A DNA stretch of 64,000 bases, from the NCBI GenBank assembly GCA_964642275.1, contig CAZXOA010000002.1, forward strand, positions 16,019 through 80,018, read 5' to 3'. The notes beneath the pieces are model-generated. The model was not told where the DNA came from. It saw only the letters and a list, made by a program, of their open reading frames with translations, and ran no database searches. The first letter of the stretch is position 1, and each line of letters starts with the position of its first letter. This document shows positions 35,122 through 44,811 of this stretch, one piece after another. The translations under genes were made by a program, and so were the position numbers. The DNA comes from an uncultured Candidatus Saccharibacteria bacterium (GTDB lineage: Bacteria; Patescibacteriota; Saccharimonadia; Saccharimonadales; JACDBH01).

Positions 35122-36539
35122 TGGCCTGGGATCTAATTGATACGATTGCTAAGAATGTACGTGCTGGCGAGGTGTCTGCTACGAGCCTAGTTGAAGAATC
35201 CCTGAGGCGCATTCATGAAGCCGATGAATACAAATCAATCATTGCAGTCATGCGTGACCGAGCGCTCGAGCGCGCAGGGTTTATAGACGAGCAAGTCCGT
35301 GCGGGCAAGAATCCAGGCCGCCTGGCAGGCGTGCCATTCATTGCCAAAGACAATTTTTTGACATTTGGCAGTGAAACGACGGCAGCCAGTAACATATTGA
35401 AGGGCTTTGAAGCACCGTATCAATCTACGGTAATAGAAAGGCTTGAGGCCGAAGGTGCTGTTTGTGTGGCCAAGGCCAACCTTGATGCTTTCGCACATGG
35501 GTCATCGACTGAAAACAGTGACTTTTTTACAACATTAAACCCACATGACAAGACACGTGTCCCGGGCGGCAGCTCGGGTGGTTCGGCAGCAGCCGTCGTA
35601 CTTGGTCTGGCGCCGTTTGCACTTGGTTCTGATACGGGCGGGTCTATCCGTTTGCCCGCAAGCTTTACTGGTTCGGTGGGCCTTAAGCCAACTTACGGAC
35701 TGACAAGCCGCAGTGGTGTGGTGGCTATGGCGAGCTCACTGGACTGTATGGGGCCGATCACTATGCGAGTAGAGGATGCGGCGCTGGTACTTGATATCAT
35801 GGCCGGTCGTGATGAGCTCGATAGTACGACTATTGAGCGCGATGAAATATCATATGCCAAGCTTGATACCAGTCTCAATGGCAAAATTATCGGTGTGGTC
35901 AAAGAATACATGGGCGATGGCGTTGAAGAGGGCGTAAAAGAGCAGATCCAGACGGCAATTAGGAGCCTGGAGTCAGCCGGCGCCATTATAAAAGAGGTGA
36001 GCCTGCCAAGCCTGCCGCTGGCGCTCGCTGTGTATTACATCGTCTGTCCGGCAGAAGTCAGCAGCAACCTGAGCCGCTACGATGGGCAGCGCTATGGATT
36101 TAGCATCGAAAATGCAAAAGATTTAGAAGACAGCTACGAACTATCGCGCGAGAAAGGGTTTGGTGCCGAAGCGAAACGGCGGATTATGATTGGGACCTAT
36201 GTACTGAGTTCTGGCTATTATGACGCGTATTACAATAAAGCGCAGACAGTGCGAACCAAGCTGATCTATGAGTTTGAGAAAGCCTTTAAAGAAGTCGACT
36301 TTCTGCTTGGTCCTACGGCTCCGTCAACCGCTTTTAAGATAGGCGAGAATAGCGAGGACCCACTCAAGATGTATCTGACAGATATTATGACTGTAGCGGC
36401 AAACCTCGTGGGTGTTCCGGCAATCTCGGTGCCGTGCGGAGAAGTAGATGATATGCCCGTCGGCTTGCAGCTGATGGCGCCCCAGGGGCGGGACAGAGAG
36501 CTTCTTGGCGTTGCAAAAGCTTATGAGGAGCTGCGATGA
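35121..36539 (+). CDS. gatA: Asp/Glu-tRNA amidotransferase subunit A
   Basis: Amidase signature GGSSGGSAAAV...GSDTGGSIR. TGATG junction with gatC. Confidence 0.97.
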   Translation: MAWDLIDTIAKNVRAGEVSATSLVEESLRRIHEADEYKSIIAVMRDRALERAGFIDEQVRAGKNPGRLAGVPFIAKDNFLTFGSETTAASNILKGFEAPYQSTVIERLEAEGAVCVAKANLDAFAHGSSTENSDFFTTLNPHDKTRVPGGSSGGSAAAVVLGLAPFALGSDTGGSIRLPASFTGSVGLKPTYGLTSRSGVVAMASSLDCMGPITMRVEDAALVLDIMAGRDELDSTTIERDEISYAKLDTSLNGKIIGVVKEYMGDGVEEGVKEQIQTAIRSLESAGAIIKEVSLPSLPLALAVYYIVCPAEVSSNLSRYDGQRYGFSIENAKDLEDSYELSREKGFGAEAKRRIMIGTYVLSSGYYDAYYNKAQTVRTKLIYEFEKAFKEVDFLLGPTAPSTAFKIGENSEDPLKMYLTDIMTVAANLVGVPAISVPCGEVDDMPVGLQLMAPQGRDRELLGVAKAYEELR

Positions 36540-36946
36540 GTGTCGAATTCCTGGTTGCAGTAATTGGCGGCGGTTTGGCGGTGCTGGGGCTGATTACCTT
36601 CTTGACCAAGCGCCCGCATAAGGACCTCAACCGCGAGTATTTCACAGGCAAATGGAAGAGCCTGCAAAAGGGCTTGACTCGATCAGATGCCTGGCCGCTT
36701 GCTGTTATTAACGCCGACAGCTTATTGGATGAAGCGCTCAAAAAGCGCAGGTTTAAGGGCCGCACTATGGGCGAGCGCCTGGTATCTGCACAAAAGTCTC
36801 TCTCTGACAACGATGCGGTGTGGTTTGCACACAAACTCCGCAACAAACTGGTGCATGAGGTTGATACTGAGCTCAAACAGAAAGAAGTCCAGAAGGCTCT
36901 GATGGGGATTCGGCAAGCACTGCGCGACCTAGGAGCGCTAAAATGA
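36536..36946 (+). CDS. hypothetical single-TM protein inserted between gatA and gatB
   Basis: ATGA overlap with the gatA stop. N-terminal TM helix (FLVAVIGGGLAVLGLITFL) and a helical soluble domain. Confidence 0.65.
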   Translation: MSVEFLVAVIGGGLAVLGLITFLTKRPHKDLNREYFTGKWKSLQKGLTRSDAWPLAVINADSLLDEALKKRRFKGRTMGERLVSAQKSLSDNDAVWFAHKLRNKLVHEVDTELKQKEVQKALMGIRQALRDLGALK

Positions 36947-36959
36947 TGAGCAATTGGCA

Positions 36960-37057
36960 ATTAGCAATGAGCAGAATATTAGCTATTAGCAATGAACGAT
37001 TCATGGCTCATAGCGCATGGCAAATTTTTTGCACATGGCTCATAGCGCATGGCAAAT
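36960..37057. repeat. two pairs of direct repeats in the spacer upstream of gatB
   Basis: ATTAGCAATGA at 36960-36970 and 36985-36995. The 24-nt CATGGCTCATAGCGCATGGCAAAT occurs at 37002-37025 and 37034-37057. Confidence 0.9.
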
Positions 37058-37075
37058 CTGGGATGGAGTTCGTGT

Positions 37076-38509
37076 ATGTCTAAATACGTTCCGACCATCG
37101 GCATCGAGTGTCATGTACAATTGAAGACCACGACTAAGTTGTTTGCTGCTATAGGCAATGATGCACGCGAGGCCGAGCCGAACACGCTTATTAGCCACAT
37201 CTGCCTTGGTATGCCCGGCGCGCTGCCGGTTTTGAACCAAAAGGCCGTTGAGTTAGCTGCAAAGGCTGCTTTTGCGCTTGGTACCAAGCCGCAAAAGTTC
37301 AGCAAGTTTGACCGCAAGCATTATTTTTATCCTGATCTGCCAATGGGCTACCAGATTAGTCAATTCGATGAGCCGATTGTGCTTGGCGGCCACGTAGATA
37401 TTATCGTTGACGGTGAGGGGAAGCGTATTGGCGTGACACGGGCGCACCTTGAGGCTGATGCCGGCAAGTCGATACACCCCGAAGGCAAAGATTATAGTCT
37501 GGTGGACCTGAACCGTGCCGGTACGCCGCTGCTCGAGATTGTGTCGGAGCCGGACATGCATACCGCTGCCGAAGCCAAAGCATACGCACATGAACTTTAT
37601 CTGCTCATGAAGTATGCCGGCGTCAGCGATGTTGATTTGTATCACGGTAATATGCGCTTTGACGTCAACGTGAGCCTGAGTAAAACCGACCAGCTTGGTA
37701 CCCGTACCGAGACCAAGAACTTAAACTCTTTCCGTTCTGTCGAGAAAGCGATTGAGTATGAAATCAAGCGTCAGACTGAAGTGCTGGATTCCGGCAAGCA
37801 GGTTGTGCAAGAAACGCGCGGCTGGGATGACAATGCCATGAAAACCTTTAGCCAGCGCACAAAAGAAGACGCGCATGACTACCGCTATTTCCCGGATCCT
37901 GATCTGCCGCCGGTGGTGCTGGACGATAAGTTTATCACCCGGATCGAGGCCGAGATGCCAGAGTTGCCTCATGCACTCAGGACGGCTTTTGCGAAGCTCA
38001 AATTGGACAGCTCGCAGGTGGATGTCCTGCTGGATGAGCCCGATGTTGCGCATTTTGTCCGCAGTGTTATTGATGCTCATGGAGAAAAAGCAGCCAAGAC
38101 AATCGCCAACTGGCTTACCGGCGAAGTCGTAAGGCTTGTGTCTACTAATGAAATTACCTGGGCTGATGTGCTCGATAAGTCAGCGCAGCTCACTTCGCTT
38201 GTGGCAATGACCGACAGCAGCAAGCTAAGTTCGACCGCAGCTAAAGAGGTGCTGCTTGAAGTACTCAAGACGGGCGAAAATCCAGAAAAAATAGCCGAGG
38301 CGAAGAATCTTATTCAGGAGTCGGATGAGGGCGCGCTTATCATGATTGTGCAGCAGGTCCTCGGTGACAATCAGCAGGCCGCAGACGATGTGAAGAACGG
38401 CGAAATAAAAGCCATCGGCTTCCTCGTCGGCCAGGTCATGAAGGCCTCTCAGGGCAAGGCCAATCCGGCCGTAGTTCAGCAGCTCATCAAAAAGCAACTG
38501 GGCGTGTAG
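37076..38509 (+). CDS. gatB: Asp/Glu-tRNA amidotransferase subunit B
   Basis: Starts MSKYVPTIGIECHVQL. GGAG lies about 7 nt upstream. C-terminal GatB/YqeY domain. Confidence 0.97.
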   Translation: MSKYVPTIGIECHVQLKTTTKLFAAIGNDAREAEPNTLISHICLGMPGALPVLNQKAVELAAKAAFALGTKPQKFSKFDRKHYFYPDLPMGYQISQFDEPIVLGGHVDIIVDGEGKRIGVTRAHLEADAGKSIHPEGKDYSLVDLNRAGTPLLEIVSEPDMHTAAEAKAYAHELYLLMKYAGVSDVDLYHGNMRFDVNVSLSKTDQLGTRTETKNLNSFRSVEKAIEYEIKRQTEVLDSGKQVVQETRGWDDNAMKTFSQRTKEDAHDYRYFPDPDLPPVVLDDKFITRIEAEMPELPHALRTAFAKLKLDSSQVDVLLDEPDVAHFVRSVIDAHGEKAAKTIANWLTGEVVRLVSTNEITWADVLDKSAQLTSLVAMTDSSKLSSTAAKEVLLEVLKTGENPEKIAEAKNLIQESDEGALIMIVQQVLGDNQQAADDVKNGEIKAIGFLVGQVMKASQGKANPAVVQQLIKKQLGV

Positions 38510-38551
38510 TTTTTATAGTCTTTGCGTTCGTTAGGCGAAAGCGTCTGATGT

Positions 38552-39121
38552 CTAAGCAGTAGCTTGGGAGAGCGGATTTACTAGATCACGTTCAATTTCG
38601 TTAATTTGCCGCACAAAGGTCAAATCAATCGGTTTGCGTAAAGAGGGTTGGTCTAGGAGGCTTACTGACCCTCCTGCTAGCCCAAGGCCGGGGTTGATAC
38701 CGAGCTCTTCTTTCCGCCTTCTTGAGTCGTATGTGCGATTGTATTCCACGACAGCATGATCGTGCGTGTGATTGCCTCCATCATCGGTATAGCGGGTAAC
38801 GAGCTTACACCCGTGGTTAAAGAAGAGACCTCCATGATATTTAAATTGCCACTTAACTAAACGCGACTGCAAGGTTAGCCCAGATTGACCGTCACTGTGT
38901 ATATCTACCCAGCCAGCTTCTTGGTCAAGACTTGAAAGCGGCAGATCGCCGTCCAGCAGGACTGCATATTCAGCATCCATCAGATTTCCTACAAATCGTC
39001 CTATACGATTACGACGTCGTGTCTGTGTGATAGCCTCTCGCTTTCTTCGTTCAACAACCAGTCGAGAGTCTCTAGCATTGTGCATGCTGTCTATCGTAGG
39101 TTGATCTGGACCAAACCTCAT
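38552..39121 (-). CDS. hypothetical protein (189 aa)
   Basis: AAGGAG Shine-Dalgarno upstream on the minus strand. No recognisable domain. Confidence 0.65.
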   Translation of the reverse strand: MRFGPDQPTIDSMHNARDSRLVVERRKREAITQTRRRNRIGRFVGNLMDAEYAVLLDGDLPLSSLDQEAGWVDIHSDGQSGLTLQSRLVKWQFKYHGGLFFNHGCKLVTRYTDDGGNHTHDHAVVEYNRTYDSRRRKEELGINPGLGLAGGSVSLLDQPSLRKPIDLTFVRQINEIERDLVNPLSQATA

Positions 39122-39207
39122 TCTTTTCTCCTTGATACGCCTATTCTAAGTAGGTGGCATATCGATTGCAAGCATAACTACTTTTTACTTTCCCCGAATA
39201 GAGGATG

Positions 39208-39216
39208 TGCTACAAT
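39208..39216 (+). promoter_or_regulatory. extended -10 TGcTACAAT 8 nt before the galU ATG
   Basis: gaTGTGcTACAATctggtgagATG. Confidence 0.5.
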
Positions 39217-39224
39217 CTGGTGAG

Positions 39225-40118
39225 ATGACTAAACCAGTACGAAAAGCCGTCATAGCTGCTGCCGGGTTTGGAACGCGGTTTCTACCGCAGACCAAGGCTA
39301 TGCCCAAGGAAATGCTGCCGCTCATCGACAAGCCGATTATCCAGTACATTGTTGAGGATTTGGTGGCCGCCGGCATCCAGGACATTATTATTGTCGGGTC
39401 AAGCAACAAGCGCAGTATCGAAGACCATTTTGATGTACCGAGCGAGGATCTCCTGAATAACCTGCGCGCCGGTGGCCCAAAAAAGCAGCCGTTTATCGAC
39501 CGGATCGAGGCAATCGCCAATCTTGCCAACTTTGTTTACATCAGGCAAAAGGGTCCGTATGGTACCGCGACACCTGTCATGAATGCAGCGCACCTGATAG
39601 GCGATGAACCGTTTATCTATGCCTTTGCAGACGATCTGACGGTGAATACACCAAATGCTTTCCAGCAGATGATTGCACGTTATGAACAGTACGGCGGCAT
39701 TATTATCCCGAGTATCCGAGCCGAAGTAGACACTGACTATGACCGGTATGGTGTGCTTGGCGGCGAGCAAGTCGAAGAAGGCGTGCTAAAAGTTGGCCAT
39801 ATTGTTGAAAAGCCCGGCAAAGACAATGCTCCCTCGGATTTTGCCGCTGTTGGCGGGTATCTATTAACGCCCGCCGTTTTTGATTATGTTGAGAAGGGGT
39901 TGGAATCTTTGCCTAAAGACCGTGAGTTTTATCTGACCGACGAAGTCATCGAACCCATGATTAAGGACGGGCATGATGTATACGGCGCAATTATTCAGGG
40001 CAAACGCTATGATACTGGTGATAAGCTTGAGTATCTCAAAACGGTAGTAGATTTTGCGCTTGCGCACAAGGATCTTGGTCCCGGGTTTGAGGCCTATCTT
40101 CGCGCCAAACTTGACTAA
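39225..40118 (+). CDS. galU: UTP--glucose-1-phosphate uridylyltransferase
   Basis: AAGFGTRFLPQTKAMPKEMLP motif. ATG 39225 lies 8 nt after TGcTACAAT. Confidence 0.9.
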   Translation: MTKPVRKAVIAAAGFGTRFLPQTKAMPKEMLPLIDKPIIQYIVEDLVAAGIQDIIIVGSSNKRSIEDHFDVPSEDLLNNLRAGGPKKQPFIDRIEAIANLANFVYIRQKGPYGTATPVMNAAHLIGDEPFIYAFADDLTVNTPNAFQQMIARYEQYGGIIIPSIRAEVDTDYDRYGVLGGEQVEEGVLKVGHIVEKPGKDNAPSDFAAVGGYLLTPAVFDYVEKGLESLPKDREFYLTDEVIEPMIKDGHDVYGAIIQGKRYDTGDKLEYLKTVVDFALAHKDLGPGFEAYLRAKLD

Positions 40119-40136
40119 GGTGTATACTGTAGGTAC

Positions 40137-40397
40137 ATGGAGAACGCAATGGAGATACTTGTCATCATTCTGTCAGTCTTCTTAGCTATTTTTCTCATCT
40201 TAGGCATAATTTTGTCGGTTATACTGATAAAACTTTCCAAAACTATTCGGCGTCTTGCCGAGAAGGCTGATGGTGTCGTGGGTAATGTCGAGGCTGCCTC
40301 GGCGGCGCTCAAGAATGTTGCCGGCCCGCTGGCAGCCGGTAAATTTGCGATGAATATTATCGACACAGTGCTTAAAAATAAGAAGAGAAAGGGCTAG
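40137..40397 (+). CDS. small membrane protein, DUF948-like
   Basis: N-terminal TM helix plus a helical tail, in the DUF948-like arrangement. Confidence 0.55.
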   Translation: MENAMEILVIILSVFLAIFLILGIILSVILIKLSKTIRRLAEKADGVVGNVEAASAALKNVAGPLAAGKFAMNIIDTVLKNKKRKG

Positions 40398-40400
40398 ACG

Positions 40401-40805
40401 ATGTCAAAGAATGTAGGGAAAAAAGTAGCAGTTGGCGCAGCGATTGCCGGTGTCGCCGGATACGTTGCAGGCGTGTTGACAGCCCCAAAGAGCGGCAAAG
40501 AAACCCGCCAGGATATCAAGAACGCGGCCAGCAAGGCAAAGTCTGAAGCCGAAAAAAAGCTCAAAGAAGTCCACAGCGAACTGAATCAAAAGCTTGACGA
40601 GGTCAAGAAAAGGGGCGGCGAGCTATCCGGCAAGGCCAAGGACGAGTTTGACAAAGTCTTTGCAGCTGCAGGAACAGCCAAGGAAAAAGTTCGCGAAATC
40701 CTCAGCGCGCTCCACGAGGGCGATACCGATGACCCGGACCTCAAAAAAGCGCTCAAAGATGCAAAAGACGCTCTAAAAAATCTCGAAAAATATACGCGCA
40801 AGTAA
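40401..40805 (+). CDS. YtxH domain protein
   Basis: GAAIAGVAGYVAGVLTAPKSGKETRQDIK is the YtxH signature, followed by coiled coil. Confidence 0.75.
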   Translation: MSKNVGKKVAVGAAIAGVAGYVAGVLTAPKSGKETRQDIKNAASKAKSEAEKKLKEVHSELNQKLDEVKKRGGELSGKAKDEFDKVFAAAGTAKEKVREILSALHEGDTDDPDLKKALKDAKDALKNLEKYTRK

Positions 40806-41081
40806 ATGGCAAAGAAACGGGCAGAGTCAGAGAAGCTGAAGGCAAAGCAGTACGAAGACCTAGGCAGGATAGTCGCCAGTGTGTACGAGACGGGCTATCT
40901 TGATGCTGCCAAGAGTTATCGCCAGTCATTTATAAAGGGGTTGTTTCAGGGATTCGGCGGTGTCATCGGCGCGACGTTACTAGTCGCCCTGCTTATTTGG
41001 ATACTGTCATTTTTTAATGAGCTGCCGTTTATCGGCCGTATCACCGAACAAGTGCAGGATACCATCCAGGTTCAAGAGTAA
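40806..41081 (+). CDS. small membrane protein, DUF5665-like
   Basis: ATG directly follows the upstream stop. FIKGLFQGFGGVIGATLLVALLIWIL pattern. Confidence 0.55.
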   Translation: MAKKRAESEKLKAKQYEDLGRIVASVYETGYLDAAKSYRQSFIKGLFQGFGGVIGATLLVALLIWILSFFNELPFIGRITEQVQDTIQVQE

Positions 41082-41134
41082 ACTCAAAAAGTCTCTACGT
41101 TTTTATTACAATAAGCCGGCAGTGTCTTCTGTCC

Positions 41135-41140
41135 TATAAT
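41135..41140 (+). promoter_or_regulatory. -10 box TATAAT 8 nt before the dnaE ATG
   Basis: cctTATAATacatacaaATG. Confidence 0.5.
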
Positions 41141-41148
41141 ACATACAA

Positions 41149-44100
41149 ATGGGGAAACAGGTTCTACAAAACAGTGACTTTGTGCACTTGCACAATCACA
41201 CGCAGTACAGTTTGTTGGACGGGCTCACAAAGATTCCGCAGCTTATTGAGTTTGTCAAAAGTGAGGGCATGCAAGCTGTTGCAATGACAGACCACGGCAC
41301 CCTCTCTGGTGCCATTACTTTCTACAAAAGCGCCAAAGCAGAGGGTGTGAAGCCGCTGATTGGTATCGAAACATATATTGCCAGCCGCAAACACACTGAC
41401 AAAGACCCGCAGAAGGACAAGCAGCGCTATCACCTGATTTTGATTGCCATGAACAACAAGGGGTATGAAAATCTCATGCGCCTGTCTACGATTGCAAATC
41501 TTGACGGCTATTACTATTTCCCGCGGGTAGACCATGATCTGCTTGAGAAATATAACGAAGGCCTGATTGTACTCAGTGCTTGCATGGGGAGCGAGATAGG
41601 CCAAGCGTTCAAGAACGAACAGATTCAGCAAGCAGAAGAGATTGCATCATGGTACAAATCAGTTTTTGGAGATAGATACTACCTGGAAATTCAGGACCAC
41701 GGTCATCCGGATAATCCCTTGCACAATACTGAGCAGGAGGATATTAACGAGAAGATTCTTGCTCTGGGAAAAAAGCTCGATATCCCGGTTGTCGTAACCT
41801 GCGACGCCCACTACCTGAAGCATGAAGACCAAGAGGCGCACGAGACGCTACTGTGTGTTGGTACGGGCGCGTATTTGAGCGATCAGAATAGAATGAGTCT
41901 CAAAGAATTTCCTTTGCATGTCGAAGACGCCGGCAGTATTATCTCGCGCTGGGGTGGAGCGCACCCAGAGGTTGTCACCAATACGAAGGCAATTGCAGAC
42001 AGATGCGATGTCGAGCTGAAACTTGGCGGTATTTTGATACCAAAGTTTCCCGTACCCGAAGCCGACGACGAAAAAAGCTATCTGCACAAATTAGTCTACC
42101 GGGGGCTAGCCTGGAGATATGGAGGCGTCGAAGAGGCAAAAGCGCAGCGCATCACCATGGAGGACGCCAAGAAGAAGCTGTCAAAAGAAGTACTGGACAG
42201 AGTCGCATTCGAACTTGAAGTCATAGACCGTATGGGCTTTAACGGCTATTTCTTGATCGTGCAGGATTTTATTAACTGGGGGAAATCACAGGGAATCGTG
42301 TTTGGTCCGGGCCGTGGGTCGGCGGCAGGATCAATCGTGGCTTATGCCACTCGTATCACTGAGCTTGACCCTATCAAGTACGATCTGCTGTTTGAGAGGT
42401 TTCTGAATCCGGATCGTATCTCTATGCCCGATATCGATATCGATATCCAGGACACGCGCCGCAACGAAGTGATTGAATACTGCGCGCAGAAGTACGGTCG
42501 CGACCAAGTGGCTAATATTGTCACTTTTGGCACGATGGCGGCCCGGGCGGCTGTGCGTGACGTTGCGCGTGTGCTCGAAGTACCGTATGCGGACGCCGAC
42601 CGGATAGCGAAACTCATACCGCAGCCAGTGCAGGGTCGGCATATTCCACTGGCAAAAAGTATTGTCGACGATCCGGACTTCAAGCGCGAGTATGAGACAA
42701 ATGAGGTGGCAAAGCGCGTGATTGATCTCGCAATCAGGCTGGAGGGAACGGTCCGCAGCCACGGCGTACACGCGGCTGGCGTCGTGATTGCGCCTGATGA
42801 TATAGTCAAGTTTATCCCGCTTGAGCGCGCTTCAAAGCAGGTCCTGCTTGCAGATGGTACCAAGCAGGACGTGATAGCCACACAGTATCCGATGGGCCCC
42901 GTAGAAGATTTGGGACTTCTCAAAATGGATTTTTTGGGTCTGTCAAACCTGACGATTATTCGCAATGCACAGCGTATCATCAAGCGTGTATACGGAACGA
43001 CAATCGAGCTTGAAGAAATACCACTTGATGACAAAAAAACCTTTGAGCTCTTTCAGCGCGGTGATACGACTGGCGTGTTCCAGCTTGAGTCTGCCGGCAT
43101 GAAACGCTACCTCAAAGAGCTCAAGCCGACAGTCTTTGACGATATTATTGCCATGGTGGCTTTGTACCGTCCGGGACCGATGCAGTTTATAGACAGCTTT
43201 ATCAAACGTAAGCACGGCGAAGAGAAAATTACCTATTTACACCCCAAAATGGAAAATGCCCTCTCAAGTACGTACGGTGTGCTGGTGTATCAAGAGCAGT
43301 TTATGCAGATCTCCAAAGATCTGGCCGGATTTACCGGCGGCCAGGCCGACACTTTGCGCAAGGCAGTGGGTAAAAAGATCATGGAGATGATGCAGAAGGT
43401 GAAACCTGAGTTTGTCGAGGGTGCTGTCAAGCATTCGAATGCCGACAGAGCGCTGATGGAAAAATTCTGGGACCAGCTGGAAGAGTTTGCGAATTACTGC
43501 TTTAACAAGTCGCACGCCGCCTGCTATGGCCTGATTGCCTACTGGACGGCCTATCTCAAGGCCCACTACCCGGACGCCTTTATGGCGGCACTGATGACCA
43601 GTGATGCCGACGACATAGACCGCCTGGCGATTGAAATTAACGAATGCAAGCACATGGGCATTGAGGTGCTGCCGCCGGATGTGAATGAGTCATACCCGGA
43701 GTTTGCTGTGGTGCCGCACAAACAGCAGATTCGTTTTGGCATGAATGCTGTTAAAAACGTTGGATCAAATGCGGTTGAAGAGCTTCTGCAGGCGCGCGAG
43801 GCCGGTAAGTTCGAAACTCTGGAAGATATCTTTTCGCGCGTAAATGCGCGGGTGTTTAATCGCAAGGCACTCGAGAGTCTTATCCGATCCGGCGCCTTTG
43901 ATCGCTTTGGCGACAGGGGCCAGCTACTGCACAATGTCGATATGATGCTCGCCTTTTCAAATAGATTACAGAAAGAGCGTGCTGCCGGACAGGTCGGCTT
44001 ATTCGGCGATGAATCAAGCGGTTCAGATATGATGCCAAGGATAGTGCTCGAAAACTTTGCCGGCACGTACGACCAGCAAGAGCAGCTCAAATGGGAGCGC

Positions 44101-44808
44101 GAGCTACTGGGACTTTATCTGTCAAAACACCCGCTTGAGCTGTATGAAACCTATCTGTCGGAATTATCTATGCCAATCAAAGATCTTAAGCCGGAGATGG
44201 ACAATAAAACAGTGGTGGTTGGCGGCGCAATAGCTGACATCCGTGAGATTACGACAAAAAACGGCCAGAAGATGGCATTTGTAAAAGTTGCTGATCTCCT
44301 GCATGAGATAGAGGTCATTTTATTCCCAAGCGTCTACCAGCAAACAGATGGCATATGGGAACGCGACAAGGTTGTGCTGATACGCGGCAAGCTGAATGCG
44401 AAAGACCGGCAAACCGGCGAACTCACAGAGGACATAAAGGTGCTGGCTGATGAGGCCCGGGAGATTACCGTGTCTCAGGCACAGGCGTACCAATCGACTG
44501 GCAAGGCCATGAAGCTTCCCGGGGCGGGACGGAAGGCCACGGGGCCAGCTGCTGGAGCAGCTGCCAAAAAATCCTCTCCGGAAAACCCCCGCGTCTACAT
44601 CCGCTTGGTAGATAGCGGCGACGAGAAGCAACTACTCGCTATCAAGCAGCTGCTCGACAGCCATGCCGGGTCTACGGATATGGTTCTCGTACTCGGTTCT
44701 GCGGATAAGAAGCAGATTATAAAGCTGCCCGGCGGTGTCCAGGCAGATGATGCGTTCCTGCAGAAGCTCAAAGCAGTCGTGGGCGAGAGCCATGTTGTTG
44801 TGCAGTAA
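41149..44808 (+). CDS. dnaE: DNA polymerase III alpha subunit
   Basis: 1219 aa. PHP domain (HLHNHTQYSLLDG), polymerase core and an OB fold. No intein-sized insertion. Confidence 0.97.
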   Translation: MGKQVLQNSDFVHLHNHTQYSLLDGLTKIPQLIEFVKSEGMQAVAMTDHGTLSGAITFYKSAKAEGVKPLIGIETYIASRKHTDKDPQKDKQRYHLILIAMNNKGYENLMRLSTIANLDGYYYFPRVDHDLLEKYNEGLIVLSACMGSEIGQAFKNEQIQQAEEIASWYKSVFGDRYYLEIQDHGHPDNPLHNTEQEDINEKILALGKKLDIPVVVTCDAHYLKHEDQEAHETLLCVGTGAYLSDQNRMSLKEFPLHVEDAGSIISRWGGAHPEVVTNTKAIADRCDVELKLGGILIPKFPVPEADDEKSYLHKLVYRGLAWRYGGVEEAKAQRITMEDAKKKLSKEVLDRVAFELEVIDRMGFNGYFLIVQDFINWGKSQGIVFGPGRGSAAGSIVAYATRITELDPIKYDLLFERFLNPDRISMPDIDIDIQDTRRNEVIEYCAQKYGRDQVANIVTFGTMAARAAVRDVARVLEVPYADADRIAKLIPQPVQGRHIPLAKSIVDDPDFKREYETNEVAKRVIDLAIRLEGTVRSHGVHAAGVVIAPDDIVKFIPLERASKQVLLADGTKQDVIATQYPMGPVEDLGLLKMDFLGLSNLTIIRNAQRIIKRVYGTTIELEEIPLDDKKTFELFQRGDTTGVFQLESAGMKRYLKELKPTVFDDIIAMVALYRPGPMQFIDSFIKRKHGEEKITYLHPKMENALSSTYGVLVYQEQFMQISKDLAGFTGGQADTLRKAVGKKIMEMMQKVKPEFVEGAVKHSNADRALMEKFWDQLEEFANYCFNKSHAACYGLIAYWTAYLKAHYPDAFMAALMTSDADDIDRLAIEINECKHMGIEVLPPDVNESYPEFAVVPHKQQIRFGMNAVKNVGSNAVEELLQAREAGKFETLEDIFSRVNARVFNRKALESLIRSGAFDRFGDRGQLLHNVDMMLAFSNRLQKERAAGQVGLFGDESSGSDMMPRIVLENFAGTYDQQEQLKWERELLGLYLSKHPLELYETYLSELSMPIKDLKPEMDNKTVVVGGAIADIREITTKNGQKMAFVKVADLLHEIEVILFPSVYQQTDGIWERDKVVLIRGKLNAKDRQTGELTEDIKVLADEAREITVSQAQAYQSTGKAMKLPGAGRKATGPAAGAAAKKSSPENPRVYIRLVDSGDEKQLLAIKQLLDSHAGSTDMVLVLGSADKKQIIKLPGGVQADDAFLQKLKAVVGESHVVVQ

Positions 44809-44811
44809 TCG

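Noticed and set aside
40111-40128. TTGACT at 40111-40116 as the -35 element for the TATACT box at 40123-40128
   Set aside because: The spacer is only 6 nt, so the two cannot act as a -35/-10 pair. The TTGACT is simply the last codons of galU.
41149-44808. Intein or other large insertion in dnaE
   Set aside because: A length of 1219 aa is normal for DnaE, and the polymerase motifs are contiguous. No Cys/Ser...HN splice junction blocks were seen.
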